Below are positions 48,024 through 59,546 of a DNA stretch of 64,000 nt, one piece after another. Origin of the DNA: Erysipelotrichaceae bacterium (lineage in GTDB: Bacteria; Bacillota_I; Bacilli_A; RFN20; CAG-449). Position numbers and translations under genes: made by a program. The stretch lies in contig SVBA01000005.1 in assembly GCA_015059095.1 (NCBI GenBank), positions 30,298 through 94,297 on the forward strand, read 5' to 3'. The notes below the pieces were generated by a model, which saw only the letters and a program-made list of their open reading frames with translations, ran no database searches and was not told the DNA's origin. Within the stretch, counting starts at the first letter, position 1. Each line of letters begins with the position of its first letter.

Positions 48024-49014
48024 ATAAATCAATATTATAATGTTGATATGCTTTTTCTGTTGCTATTCTACCCCTTGGAGTTTTATTAATTAAACCTAAT
48101 TTTAGTAAATATGGTTCATAAACTTCTTCTAGATTATTAACTTCTTCACCAATAGTTGATGCTAGAGTTTCTAAACCAACTGGTCCACCATTAAATCTTT
48201 TAATCAATGTTCTAATGTATCTAGAATCAATATCATCTAGACCTAATTCGTCAATTTTTAATAATTTTAATGCTGAAAGAGCTAGCTCCTTAGTAATAAA
48301 AGTAAAATCTTGATAAGAAGCAAAATCTCTAACTCGACGATAAATTCTATTAGCAATTCTTGGAGTACCTCTAGAACGGATTGCAATTAATCTTGCCGCA
48401 TCGTAATCAATAGGAGTATTAAATACTTTACTTGTTCTTACCACAATATCAGTTAATTCATCATCAGTATAATAATTTAATCTTGAAACAATACCAAATC
48501 TATCTCGTAGAGGTGAAGATAAATCACCTGGTTTTGTCGTTGCACCAAAAAGAGTAAAAGGTGCTAAATCAATAGATATGTTTCTAGCTTCATCACCTTT
48601 ACCTATCATTAAAGTTAAAGTAAAATCTTCCATTGCTCCATATAGAATTTCTTCAACGACTCTTGGAAGTCGATGAATTTCATCAATGAATAAAATATCA
48701 CCTGGTTCAATTGTCGATAAAATAGAGGCTAAATCACCTGGTTTTTCTAAACTCGGTCCATTAACTAATTTAATTTTTCCACCCATTTCATGCGCAACTA
48801 CATACGCTAAAGTAGTTTTACCAAGTCCTGGAGGACCATAAACTAAAACGTGATCTAAAACTTCTTCTCTTTTTCTAGCAGCACCAATAAAAACTCTTAA
48901 ATTTTCTTTAATTTCCCCTTGTCCAACATATTCATCGAATGTTAAAGGGCGAAGAGTTAATTCCTCTTCTAATTCTCTATTATCTTTTTTATTTGGATCT
49001 AATAATCTAGCCAT
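48010..49014 (-). CDS. ruvB: Holliday junction helicase RuvB
   Basis: LRPLTFDEYVGQ, GPPGLGKTTLA, FIDEIHRL, GATT, SRGTPRIANR, TPRGR. Confidence 0.97.
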   Translation of the reverse strand: MARLLDPNKKDNRELEEELTLRPLTFDEYVGQGEIKENLRVFIGAARKREEVLDHVLVYGPPGLGKTTLAYVVAHEMGGKIKLVNGPSLEKPGDLASILSTIEPGDILFIDEIHRLPRVVEEILYGAMEDFTLTLMIGKGDEARNISIDLAPFTLFGATTKPGDLSSPLRDRFGIVSRLNYYTDDELTDIVVRTSKVFNTPIDYDAARLIAIRSRGTPRIANRIYRRVRDFASYQDFTFITKELALSALKLLKIDELGLDDIDSRYIRTLIKRFNGGPVGLETLASTIGEEVNNLEEVYEPYLLKLGLINKTPRGRIATEKAYQHYNIDLFTHD

Positions 49015-49016
49015 AA

Positions 49017-49595
49017 TTATTTCCTCAACATTCTTAATCCAGTTCTAATATATTCTTCAGTAGTTAATGAATCATCATTGATTCTTTCAAAACATTCTTC
49101 AATCTCTTTTACTTTAAAACCAAGAACTTTTAAACCTTGCATTGCTTCTTCTTGGTTTTTATTCATTGTCTTTTTAGTAGTTTTACTACTAATAACACCA
49201 AAGTCAGATAACGATCCTTTTAAATCTAAGATAATTTGCGAAGCAGCTTTTGGACCAATGCCTTCTAGTTTTTTTAAGCGTTTTATATCTTCGTTTTGAA
49301 TACATGCGATAAATTCATCAATACTTATACCTCTTAATGCAGTTAAAGCAGTTCTAGGACCGATACCCTTAACTGAAATAAGTTGATTAAATACTTTCTT
49401 TTCTTGTAAATCTTTAAAGCCAACAAAATATTCTTCATCTTCTCTAACAATATGAGCAACATATACTAATACTAATTCAAAAAGAGGAAAATCTTGTGGA
49501 TGCATAACTAAAACTTGATATCCAATTCCTCCGACATCAATAACAATATAATTTTCACCTTGTTCAACAATAGTTCCTTTTAAATAATAATACAT
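49017..49595 (-). CDS. ruvA: Holliday junction binding protein RuvA
   Basis: Start MYYYLKG at 49595; DVGGIGY, LISVKGIGPRTAL, GIGPKAASQIILDLK. Confidence 0.95.
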   Translation of the reverse strand: MYYYLKGTIVEQGENYIVIDVGGIGYQVLVMHPQDFPLFELVLVYVAHIVREDEEYFVGFKDLQEKKVFNQLISVKGIGPRTALTALRGISIDEFIACIQNEDIKRLKKLEGIGPKAASQIILDLKGSLSDFGVISSKTTKKTMNKNQEEAMQGLKVLGFKVKEIEECFERINDDSLTTEEYIRTGLRMLRK

Positions 49596-49596
49596 A

Positions 49597-49698
49597 CTAT
49601 GATTTAAAAATGATGACAATAAAAACAAATACGATAATGCAAACTAATCCACTAATTAATCCTAAGTGAACCGAATTAATCTTATTTCTATTCATCAT
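49597..49698 (-). CDS. Unannotated 33-aa single-TM small protein
   Basis: AAAGGAGG RBS; MMNRNKINSVHLGLISGLVCIIVFVFIVIIFKS; stop TAG is 1 nt before the ruvA ATG. Confidence 0.65.
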   Translation of the reverse strand: MMNRNKINSVHLGLISGLVCIIVFVFIVIIFKS

Positions 49699-49710
49699 TT
49701 ATCCTCCTTT

Positions 49711-51360
49711 CTATTTATTTGTAATTGATATAGTTGCAGTTCCTCTTTCTTCATCTATACCAACAATTTCAATATTGTAATTTAATTTAGTTCCTGAATT
49801 AAAACTAAATTCACTCATCATATCATCTTTATAAAATAAATCTCTATTAGTCGCATAATAATTACTATCAAATGCGTTTCTTCCTTTATCTGATGAAATT
49901 AAGCTAACTAATTTAAAATCAGGATTAATCGAATAAGAAGATGTATTGTTTGCTCCAATAAACTGAATCTTACTAGGATGAGTTAATGTATCATTAAATA
50001 CATTAGTATAGTAATATGATTCACTAGCTTCATCTGCCACAACAAGTCTAGAATCAACATGTAATATTTTCACCCCATTCTTAGTGAAATGATATGGAAT
50101 TGAACTTCCTTCTCCTTGATAACGATGTAATGAATCAAATCTATTTAATCCTTCTGGAGTATATAATTCTAATAATAAATATTCACTAAATGGCGAATAT
50201 GAGAAAGAGTTTAAATCTGCTGGAATTAATAAAGCATTATTTCCATCCTTTGTTAAAGTAGATATTGTATATGTTCCTTCTTTTTCTACTAATAGAGGGT
50301 CAATCCAATTAAGTAAATACTTTGAATAGGCATTATGATCACCGACATTATTGTCCATCATATCTAATCTACCTAATGGTTCACTATCTAAAAAATCATA
50401 TGAATAATAATCATCTAATCCTAATACATGACCAAATTCATGAATATAAGTATGAGCATCCACTACTTTTTTTGTTTTTGGTATTCCATCATCAATATAA
50501 GTTTTAGTATATTCTCCATCCCATAAAAAATCATAGCTTAACCAAGTATAGCAATTAGCAACTGGACTTTCAAAATCAGGTTCTTTTTCATAATCCCAAT
50601 ATGTATAAGCCCATAATAGGTATTCTAAATCTTCTAGTTGCTCATTAGTATACTTTTTATCATATTTTTGATTGCCAGATAAATCATAATAATCATTCGC
50701 ATAAACTAATGCGACTGCATCAATATATCCATCTTTATCTAAATCATATTCATTTTCAATACCAGGATATTTTTCCTTAACCCATTTAACAGCTTCTCTT
50801 AAAACGTAAATACTTGGATCATTATATGAAGTCATCTCAGCAACTTCAATCAACTTCTTATTAATTGGACACCAAGAGGTAACTTGCCCTGTAATATCTA
50901 ATTTTCCATAACTAGACTCATAATAATAAGACTTAACACTTTGCCATCCTGTTTCAGTATCTTGTCCAAAGAAAGCATCATTAATATAATCTAATGCTTT
51001 ATTAGGATCATCTATACACGTCGCAGGTACATAATCTTCAAAAAATACAGGTATAACTAAAACCTTTTGTTCACCAAGAGAAGGAAGAATTTTATATCCT
51101 TCATTTTCTTTTTCTTTTAATAAAGAAATATTATAACCTGATTTACCCTCTTTCCTATCTTTTATGATTGTTTCAGTGGGTGTTTCAACTAAAGTATATG
51201 AAGAATATTCGTTACCACTATTATTAATAATTTCATCTAAAGTACCATTGATAAAACCATTAACAAATTCTAATAATAAAGAACAAGATGAAAGTGATGT
51301 TACTAAGGTTAATAACACTACTACACTACATACTTTTCTTAACACTCTTTTTTTATTCAT
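49711..51360 (-). CDS. M6-like (immune inhibitor A-type) zinc metalloprotease lipoprotein
   Basis: Lipobox LSSC; SVKSYYYESSYGKL, YIHEFGHVLGLDDYY (HExxH), DMMDNN.GDHNAYSK. Confidence 0.85.
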   Translation of the reverse strand: MNKKRVLRKVCSVVVLLTLVTSLSSCSLLLEFVNGFINGTLDEIINNSGNEYSSYTLVETPTETIIKDRKEGKSGYNISLLKEKENEGYKILPSLGEQKVLVIPVFFEDYVPATCIDDPNKALDYINDAFFGQDTETGWQSVKSYYYESSYGKLDITGQVTSWCPINKKLIEVAEMTSYNDPSIYVLREAVKWVKEKYPGIENEYDLDKDGYIDAVALVYANDYYDLSGNQKYDKKYTNEQLEDLEYLLWAYTYWDYEKEPDFESPVANCYTWLSYDFLWDGEYTKTYIDDGIPKTKKVVDAHTYIHEFGHVLGLDDYYSYDFLDSEPLGRLDMMDNNVGDHNAYSKYLLNWIDPLLVEKEGTYTISTLTKDGNNALLIPADLNSFSYSPFSEYLLLELYTPEGLNRFDSLHRYQGEGSSIPYHFTKNGVKILHVDSRLVVADEASESYYYTNVFNDTLTHPSKIQFIGANNTSSYSINPDFKLVSLISSDKGRNAFDSNYYATNRDLFYKDDMMSEFSFNSGTKLNYNIEIVGIDEERGTATISITNK

Positions 51361-52636
51361 AATAATCAAACTCGAAATCACATAAAGTTACAGTATCACC
51401 ATCTACTGCGCCTAATTCTTTTAATTTATCATCTACTCTTAAATTTCTTAAGATAGATAATAATTTTAATATGCCTTCATCACTAGTTAAATTAATTAAA
51501 GAATAAGTTCTTTCAATTCTTTCTCCATAAATTCTAAAGTGATGAGGTTTAACTCTTTCAATATTAAATTCTTCTTTAAGATCTAAATGAGCATCATATA
51601 CTTTAACATCTTGATCTTTTTCTTCATATAATGGGAAATAGCTTGCTTCATTTAATAAATCTTTAATCTTATATAACATTACATTTACCTTATCATGAAG
51701 AATCGCACTTATTGGTAAAACATCATATTTGCCTTCTAATGCTTTTTTAACTTCTAAATATTTTGCTTCTGTTTCTTCATCTTCAACTTTTGAACAAACT
51801 ACTAACATTGGTCTCTTTAATAAATTAAACCCATAAGAACCTAATTCATTATTGATTACTTCAAAATCATGTAAAGGATCTTCACTAGTCATATCTAGCA
51901 TATGAACAATAACTCTACATCTTTCAATATGTCTTAAGAATTGTAGACCAAGACCTTTACCTTGAGATGCTCCTTCAATTAACCCTGGTAAATCTGCAAC
52001 TACAAAAGAAGAACCATCATCTAAATATGTGACACCTAAATTAGGTGTAATTGTAGTAAAAGGATAATCTCCAATTTCTGGTTTAGCCTTTGATATAACG
52101 CTTAATAATGTTGATTTTCCAACACTAGGCATACCCACTAAACCAACATCTGCTAATAACTTAAGTTCAAAAGTGATCATTCTTTCTTGACCAGGTAATC
52201 CATTTTCAGCAATCTTTGGAGCTTGGATAACACTAGTAGTAAAACAAGCATTGCCTCTTCCACCTCTTCCACCTTTAGCAACAACAAATTCTTGACCTTC
52301 TTTTGATAAATCTGCTAAGAAAGTTCTTTCTTCACCATTAACTTCAAAAATAACTGTACCAACTGGAACATCTAAGTAAACATTTTTAGCAGCTCTACCA
52401 TACATCTTTTTCTTTTGACCTTTTTCACCATCTTCTGCAACTACTTTTTTAACATGAGAGTAAGCAATTAAAGTTGATTGATCATGTACAGCTCTAACAA
52501 TGATAGAACCTCCTCTACCACCATTTCCACCATCAGGTCCACCAAATTCATTAGATTTGATATGTAAAAATGATAAGGCACCATTTCCACCTTTACCTGC
52601 TTTTACTAAAAACGGTCTAGTTTTATCTATAAACAT
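51353..52636 (-). CDS. obgE: GTPase ObgE
   Basis: Gly-rich Obg domain, GMPSVGKST, YPFTT, DLPGLIEGA, C-terminal OCT domain. Confidence 0.97.
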   Translation of the reverse strand: MFIDKTRPFLVKAGKGGNGALSFLHIKSNEFGGPDGGNGGRGGSIIVRAVHDQSTLIAYSHVKKVVAEDGEKGQKKKMYGRAAKNVYLDVPVGTVIFEVNGEERTFLADLSKEGQEFVVAKGGRGGRGNACFTTSVIQAPKIAENGLPGQERMITFELKLLADVGLVGMPSVGKSTLLSVISKAKPEIGDYPFTTITPNLGVTYLDDGSSFVVADLPGLIEGASQGKGLGLQFLRHIERCRVIVHMLDMTSEDPLHDFEVINNELGSYGFNLLKRPMLVVCSKVEDEETEAKYLEVKKALEGKYDVLPISAILHDKVNVMLYKIKDLLNEASYFPLYEEKDQDVKVYDAHLDLKEEFNIERVKPHHFRIYGERIERTYSLINLTSDEGILKLLSILRNLRVDDKLKELGAVDGDTVTLCDFEFDYYE

Positions 52637-52760
52637 CTAAATCACTCCTTTCTAAATATTAAATTTAGAAACCATAAGATTTCATTTTTTATTATATCAA
52701 AATAATTTTTAATTATAAATAATAAAAATTAGAAGACTATAAAATATTTTATTTTTTATT

Positions 52761-52794
52761 AAAACAAAAAAGCATTTGGACAACCAAATGCTTT
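52761..52794 (-). terminator. Terminator after rpmA
   Basis: AAAGCATTTGG-ttgt-CCAAATGCTTT plus T run. Confidence 0.8.
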
Positions 52795-52809
52795 GATAAC
52801 TAAATTTAA

Positions 52810-53100
52810 TTATTCAGCTTCGACTGGAACTACAGTAGCCTTTTTTCTATCTTTACCCCAGCGTACGAATCTTACAATACCATCACATGTAGCGAAGATT
52901 GTATCATCTCCACCTTTTTTAGTATTGACACCTGGATAAATTTTTGTACCGCGTTGGCGATAGATGATAGAACCTGCTGTGCAGAATTGACCATCAGCGA
53001 CCTTACATCCTAATCTTTTAGATTCAGAATCACGACCGTTCTTTGTAGAACCGACACCCTTTTTAGAAGCAAATAATTGAATATTTAATTGGAACTTCAT
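52810..53100 (-). CDS. rpmA: 50S ribosomal protein L27 with Prp-cleaved N-terminal extension
   Basis: [10 protein letters not shown]|[15 protein letters not shown]. Confidence 0.97.
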   Translation of the reverse strand: MKFQLNIQLFASKKGVGSTKNGRDSESKRLGCKVADGQFCTAGSIIYRQRGTKIYPGVNTKKGGDDTIFATCDGIVRFVRWGKDRKKATVVPVEAE

Positions 53101-53120
53101 ATATTTTGCACCTTCTTTCA

Positions 53121-53414
53121 TTACTTAATTTTTATAAACTTTGGATAACTTTCTTGTATAGTTTGTAATTGAATTAATATTACATTTAATACTTCAATAC
53201 TTTTTGATCCTGGTTTAACAATTACTTTAGCATATCCTTCTTCTAAAATAATTTCTTCAACATCTTCTTTATTAAGAGCGTTGAATCCACCAGTGATAAT
53301 ACAAGATACTCCGGCACAGACTAAATCTTTGCCGTGTTCAGCAAAATTCGCATGTCCTTTAACTTCAAGTCCATTAACGATTTCGCCTGATGAAATAATA
53401 CTTACTTTAATCAT
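53121..53414 (-). CDS. prp: Ribosomal-processing cysteine protease Prp
   Basis: [18 protein letters not shown]; lies between rplU and rpmA. Confidence 0.93.
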   Translation of the reverse strand: MIKVSIISSGEIVNGLEVKGHANFAEHGKDLVCAGVSCIITGGFNALNKEDVEEIILEEGYAKVIVKPGSKSIEVLNVILIQLQTIQESYPKFIKIK

Positions 53415-53420
53415 GAATAA

Positions 53421-53729
53421 TTAAGCGTTAATTGATTCAATAACTAAGCATGTATATGGTTGGCGATGGCCTTGTTTTCTACGATAGTTAGCTTTGCTTT
53501 TGTATTTGAAAACTAAGATTTTCTTTTCTTTACCTTGTTTTTCAACTTTTGCAGTAACTGTAGCGCCACTAACATATGGAGTACCAACTTTTAATTCGTC
53601 ACCAGATACTAATAATACTTTTTCAAAAGTATATTCAGCACCAGCTTCGACATCTAACTTTTCAGTATAGATTTTTTGACCAACTTCAACTTTAATTTGC
53701 TTTCCGCCAGTTTCGATAATTGCGTACAT
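53421..53729 (-). CDS. rplU: 50S ribosomal protein L21
   Basis: [18 protein letters not shown]. Confidence 0.98.
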   Translation of the reverse strand: MYAIIETGGKQIKVEVGQKIYTEKLDVEAGAEYTFEKVLLVSGDELKVGTPYVSGATVTAKVEKQGKEKKILVFKYKSKANYRRKQGHRQPYTCLVIESINA

Positions 53730-53751
53730 AAATTTACGTTACCTCCTTCTT

Positions 53752-53830
53752 TCTATAGACTTAGACTCGCTTTCAAGGTAGATTACTCATTTTTGGAACC
53801 TTTTTAATGCGGTTGAGGCCCTCTATAAGG
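53752..53830 (-). ncRNA. L21 ribosomal protein leader RNA
   Basis: Upstream of rplU: ...ACCGCA..AAGGTT...ACCTTGAAAGCGAGTCTAAGTCTATA, resembling the Firmicutes L21 leader; terminal stem CTATAG. Confidence 0.7.
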
Positions 53831-53916
53831 CGACAACATAGATATATTAACAAAGACTTTCACTTATTTCAATGAAATAAATAAAATTTTCTCAATATTT
53901 TTTGTTTTTTTAACAT

Positions 53917-54702
53917 CTATTTCTCTTCAAGTACATCTATTTCTTGTTTTAAGTTTTCTTTTTTTAAAATATCACTAATAATTCCTTTTTCATCAATTAT
54001 TTTGTTATTTACATAACAATAGTTATCATTTAAACGATAAATTTCTTTTTTAGAATTAATTTTAATTTTCATCGAATTTCTATTAGATAATCTACTAATT
54101 AGATATAGCAAATAATTCTTTTTAAAATTAATGATGGAAATAATCAAACTAATAAAAAGAAAAAGCATAGTAATTACTTCTCCTAAGCTAAGTAAATAAG
54201 ATGAAAAAATAACTAATGATAAAATCGATATAATAATTCTTGATGCCCTGAGTTTATATTCATTTAAAAATGAGGTCAAAGATAATTCAATAATTTTTGC
54301 TCCATCTAATGGATAAATTGGTAGTAGATTAAATAATAAAATGAATTTATTAGATATCATCGCATCTTCATAACCATATAATGATAAAATTCCTAAATTA
54401 TATAACATTTTTATTATTGCACACGAAAAAATAAAACTCGATGGTCCTGCGATTAAAACTAATAATTGTTTATGAAAACTATAACTTTCTAAATCAGGAA
54501 TTTTTAAATAAAATCCAATTGGTAAAAACTCAATTTCTCCTACTTTGACTTTTAAAAATTTTGCCATTAAAAAATGAAAAAATTCATGAATAAAAGCTAT
54601 TAAATAATGGATAAAAATAAAGCCGAATTTATTGAAAATTAGTGCAATTAATATATATATAATTGTTAAAGGGTTAACAATAAAATTAAATAATTGCTTC
54701 AT
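53917..54702 (-). CDS. spoIVFB: SpoIVFB-like M50 intramembrane metalloprotease (pro-sigma-K processing)
   Basis: HEFFH, IAGP, FNLLPIYPLDG; upstream of rplU as in B. subtilis. Confidence 0.85.
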   Translation of the reverse strand: MKQLFNFIVNPLTIIYILIALIFNKFGFIFIHYLIAFIHEFFHFLMAKFLKVKVGEIEFLPIGFYLKIPDLESYSFHKQLLVLIAGPSSFIFSCAIIKMLYNLGILSLYGYEDAMISNKFILLFNLLPIYPLDGAKIIELSLTSFLNEYKLRASRIIISILSLVIFSSYLLSLGEVITMLFLFISLIISIINFKKNYLLYLISRLSNRNSMKIKINSKKEIYRLNDNYCYVNNKIIDEKGIISDILKKENLKQEIDVLEEK

Positions 54703-55249
54703 TATATGATATTAATTTTCCTTCTTTTTTGAAAAGTACTTTAAAAGAATCTTGATAGGAAGCGAATTTTTCTCCTTTATTAAGTTCGTCATATTGTTTG
54801 ACTATAACTTCATTTAAAGAAGAATAAGATGCAACTACTCCGTTATTATAACTAACTAATAAGGAATAACTATCATTATCCTGATATACGCCAAGAATCA
54901 CCCCATCATGAAGCATTGAAACTGAAGTGTCTTCACTAGTAAACATATTGTTTTCTAATGGAATATACATGACGCTATTAGACACTAGTTGATCATTATT
55001 CTTTTTATTCTCAAACTCGAATTTAAAAAGACTATTAACAAGAGAATTAACTTTATTATTAAATGTTTTAAAATTTACAGAAATCCCAAAATTTTCGCTT
55101 AAAAACTTGCCATTTTCATCTTTTTTCATATAGATCATCCCACCTAAAATAAGTGATAAAATAATCATTAATAAAGATAGAAATGATAATATCCTTCCTT
55201 TATTTTCTTTTTTATTAATACGGTTTCTAATTTGATTTATATGCATCAT
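54686..55249 (-). CDS. spoIVFA: SpoIVFA-like protein (single TM, degenerate M23-like domain)
   Basis: TM followed by V..LHDGVILGV......LLVSYNNGVVASYSSL.EV.VKQYD..KGE; directly upstream of spoIVFB. Confidence 0.7.
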   Translation of the reverse strand: MMHINQIRNRINKKENKGRILSFLSLLMIILSLILGGMIYMKKDENGKFLSENFGISVNFKTFNNKVNSLVNSLFKFEFENKKNNDQLVSNSVMYIPLENNMFTSEDTSVSMLHDGVILGVYQDNDSYSLLVSYNNGVVASYSSLNEVIVKQYDELNKGEKFASYQDSFKVLFKKEGKLISYNEAII

Positions 55250-55288
55250 AATTACCTCCTATTAGGTATATATGAAACATTCAGATAT

Positions 55289-55975
55289 TTAATTCGATGT
55301 TAAGACATTATTTTGAAAATCTTTAATAGAACAATAGTTGTTTTCATTGACAATTATATGGTCGACCAATTCAATTCTCATAGTCATGGCAATAAATTCC
55401 AAATTAGTAGTAAACACCAGATCGTTTTCACTAGGAATTAATTCTCCAGAAGGATGATTATGAATCAAATAAAATCTATTTCCTATTCCGATTACTTCTT
55501 TTAATATTTGGTGGTAGCTACCACTAATTATGTAATTAGTTCCTTTAAATAATTCAATTACTTTTATCACTTTATCTTTTGAATTCACAATAACAACGTA
55601 ACATACTTCTTTTGTTAATTTACCTATCTTTGCGATAAAATAAGATGCTATTGATTCTTTTTTATTTATTCCAAGTTTTAAAGCTCTATCCTCTAATAAT
55701 GCTCTTTCATATAAAAATAATCCACTATGAATTCTCAAGGCCTTAGCATAGTTAATTCCTTTAATAGTCGTTAATTCGTTAATAGACGCCCTTATTATTC
55801 CATTTAATCCGTTAAAAGTAGCCAGTAATTCATTCGAAATATCTAGGGCAGATTTATTTCTAGTACCAGTAGAAATTAATATTGCCAATAATTCTGCATT
55901 TGATAAATTTTCTAGTCCATATAAAGACGCTTTTTCTCTTGGCCTTTCATAATACGCCATATCTTTAATACTCAT
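55289..55975 (-). CDS. radC: RadC (JAB domain) protein
   Basis: Start MSIKDMAYYERPREK at 55975; LSNAELLAILI.TG, HNHPSG..IPSEND, LVDHIIV. Confidence 0.93.
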   Translation of the reverse strand: MSIKDMAYYERPREKASLYGLENLSNAELLAILISTGTRNKSALDISNELLATFNGLNGIIRASINELTTIKGINYAKALRIHSGLFLYERALLEDRALKLGINKKESIASYFIAKIGKLTKEVCYVVIVNSKDKVIKVIELFKGTNYIISGSYHQILKEVIGIGNRFYLIHNHPSGELIPSENDLVFTTNLEFIAMTMRIELVDHIIVNENNYCSIKDFQNNVLTSN

Positions 55976-55976
55976 A

Positions 55977-56153
55977 TTATTGCCATTCAAATTTCCAACC
56001 TCCAGGTAAAGTTGTACTTCCTTCCTCTGACATAAATAGACGATAAACAATAACTGCAACTATTGCAGTAGCAAGAATCGCCATTACTGCAGTTAAAGTT
56101 AACGCTTCACCTGCTACTATTTCTTTAAGTTCTTGATCATTTAATACTCTCAT
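55977..56153 (-). CDS. Unannotated 58-aa peptide with bacteriocin-type leader
   Basis: GGAGG RBS; MRVLNDQELKEIVAG-EALTLTAVMAILATAIVAVIVYRLFMSEEGSTTLPGGWKFEWQ; TAA is 1 nt before the radC ATG. Confidence 0.8.
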   Translation of the reverse strand: MRVLNDQELKEIVAGEALTLTAVMAILATAIVAVIVYRLFMSEEGSTTLPGGWKFEWQ

Positions 56154-56243
56154 ATAATTATTCCTCCTACTTATTTAATTCGCTAGATTTTAAAAAAGTT
56201 CTACCCCAAAACGAAAAAAAGTGTTTATTTTTTCAAACAAACA

Positions 56244-57542
56244 CTATTTTCTACCTGATTTTATTAATTCTTCTTCCATTTCTTTTGGATTTTTTAAAGC
56301 ATAATCTTGATGATATTCTTCCGCTTTAAATAAAACAGAATCTGGAAGTAAACTAATATATACTTTTTTATTAAACTTTTTCTCCATATCATAACGATAC
56401 GAAAATAAATAGTCCATAACATTTTCATTATCAGTGAATATCGCACAAGTATAATTAAAGCCTTTATCAATATATTGACCTGAATCATCAAAAGGATCGA
56501 TACTAGAAAAATATACATCTAATAATTTTTTAGTTGATAATTTGGTCGCATCAAATTCAATTAAAATAGTTTCTCTATGACCTGTTTTTATATCTTTTAC
56601 ATCTTCATAAGTAGGATTTACTTCTATTCCTCCAGCATAACCAGAAATTACTTTACTAACTCCTTCGATAGAATAATATGGTTCAGCCATACACCAAAAA
56701 CATCCTCCTGCTAACATAAGAGTATGAATATTTCCTCTTCTATAACCTACATCATATTTACTCTCTCCATATTTAAAGCCTAATTTAGTATATACATGAT
56801 TAGATATTGGATTCTCTTTATCCACATATAAATATGGCATTAATCCTTCAGATAATAATTCTTGAGCAATGTAACTGACAACTTGTTGACAATACCCTTT
56901 ATTACGATGGTATTTAGGAGTAAAAACATTACTAATTGAACATATTTTATCTTCTTTTCGAGCAATTTTAGCAATACTAACAATTTGTCCATCTACTCTT
57001 AAAATATAATAAGAATCTAATTCTTCAATTAAAGTTTTCTTAATTACATGATCAGGAAAACTACTATCTAAAGCTTCCTTATGGAAAATGGAAATAAAAG
57101 TCACTAAATCATCAATATCATCTTCTGTAGGTTTAGTTACATTTAATGTAGGTTTAATTAATAATTCTTCAAGATACATTAAATCCATCTTATGTCTAAA
57201 GAAGTATTCGCCTCCTCTTCTATTAACATGATGTTTATAAAATCCTTCTATTAAATTTAAACTAGCTAAAACTCCAGTAAAATGTAAATTATAATCACAA
57301 ATAACGTCACTACATTCTTTTAAGAATCTTTCATCACCAAACAATAGTAAATTATAAGGTTCCATTTTTAGAACTAATAAATAAGATTCTTCATCATATA
57401 ATTTAAAACAATAATTATATCTTTCAAAAGTATTAATTTTTTGAGCATTTAATCGAAAAAATGAAGTTTCAATCGGTTTATCATCTAAAATAGCTTGATT
57501 ATCTAAAAGAAATTCTTGTCCACTTTTATAAATCTTCAACAT
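56244..57542 (-). CDS. msrA: GNAT acetyltransferase fused to peptide-methionine (S)-S-oxide reductase MsrA
   Basis: N-part ISNVFTPKYHRNKGY.......L.VDKENPISNHVY.KLGF (GNAT); C-part LAGGCFWCM, VISGYAGG, TGHRE, AEEYHQDY (MsrA); one uninterrupted ORF. Confidence 0.85.
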   Translation of the reverse strand: MLKIYKSGQEFLLDNQAILDDKPIETSFFRLNAQKINTFERYNYCFKLYDEESYLLVLKMEPYNLLLFGDERFLKECSDVICDYNLHFTGVLASLNLIEGFYKHHVNRRGGEYFFRHKMDLMYLEELLIKPTLNVTKPTEDDIDDLVTFISIFHKEALDSSFPDHVIKKTLIEELDSYYILRVDGQIVSIAKIARKEDKICSISNVFTPKYHRNKGYCQQVVSYIAQELLSEGLMPYLYVDKENPISNHVYTKLGFKYGESKYDVGYRRGNIHTLMLAGGCFWCMAEPYYSIEGVSKVISGYAGGIEVNPTYEDVKDIKTGHRETILIEFDATKLSTKKLLDVYFSSIDPFDDSGQYIDKGFNYTCAIFTDNENVMDYLFSYRYDMEKKFNKKVYISLLPDSVLFKAEEYHQDYALKNPKEMEEELIKSGRK

Positions 57543-57544
57543 AG

Positions 57545-59536
<1,992 letters not shown>

Positions 59537-59546
59537 CTAATAATTA

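Noticed and set aside
55262-55300. Sigma-E-like CATATAT -10 upstream of spoIVFA
   Set aside because: Plausible from B. subtilis regulation, but the -35 is not convincing in such AT-rich DNA; not listed as a feature.
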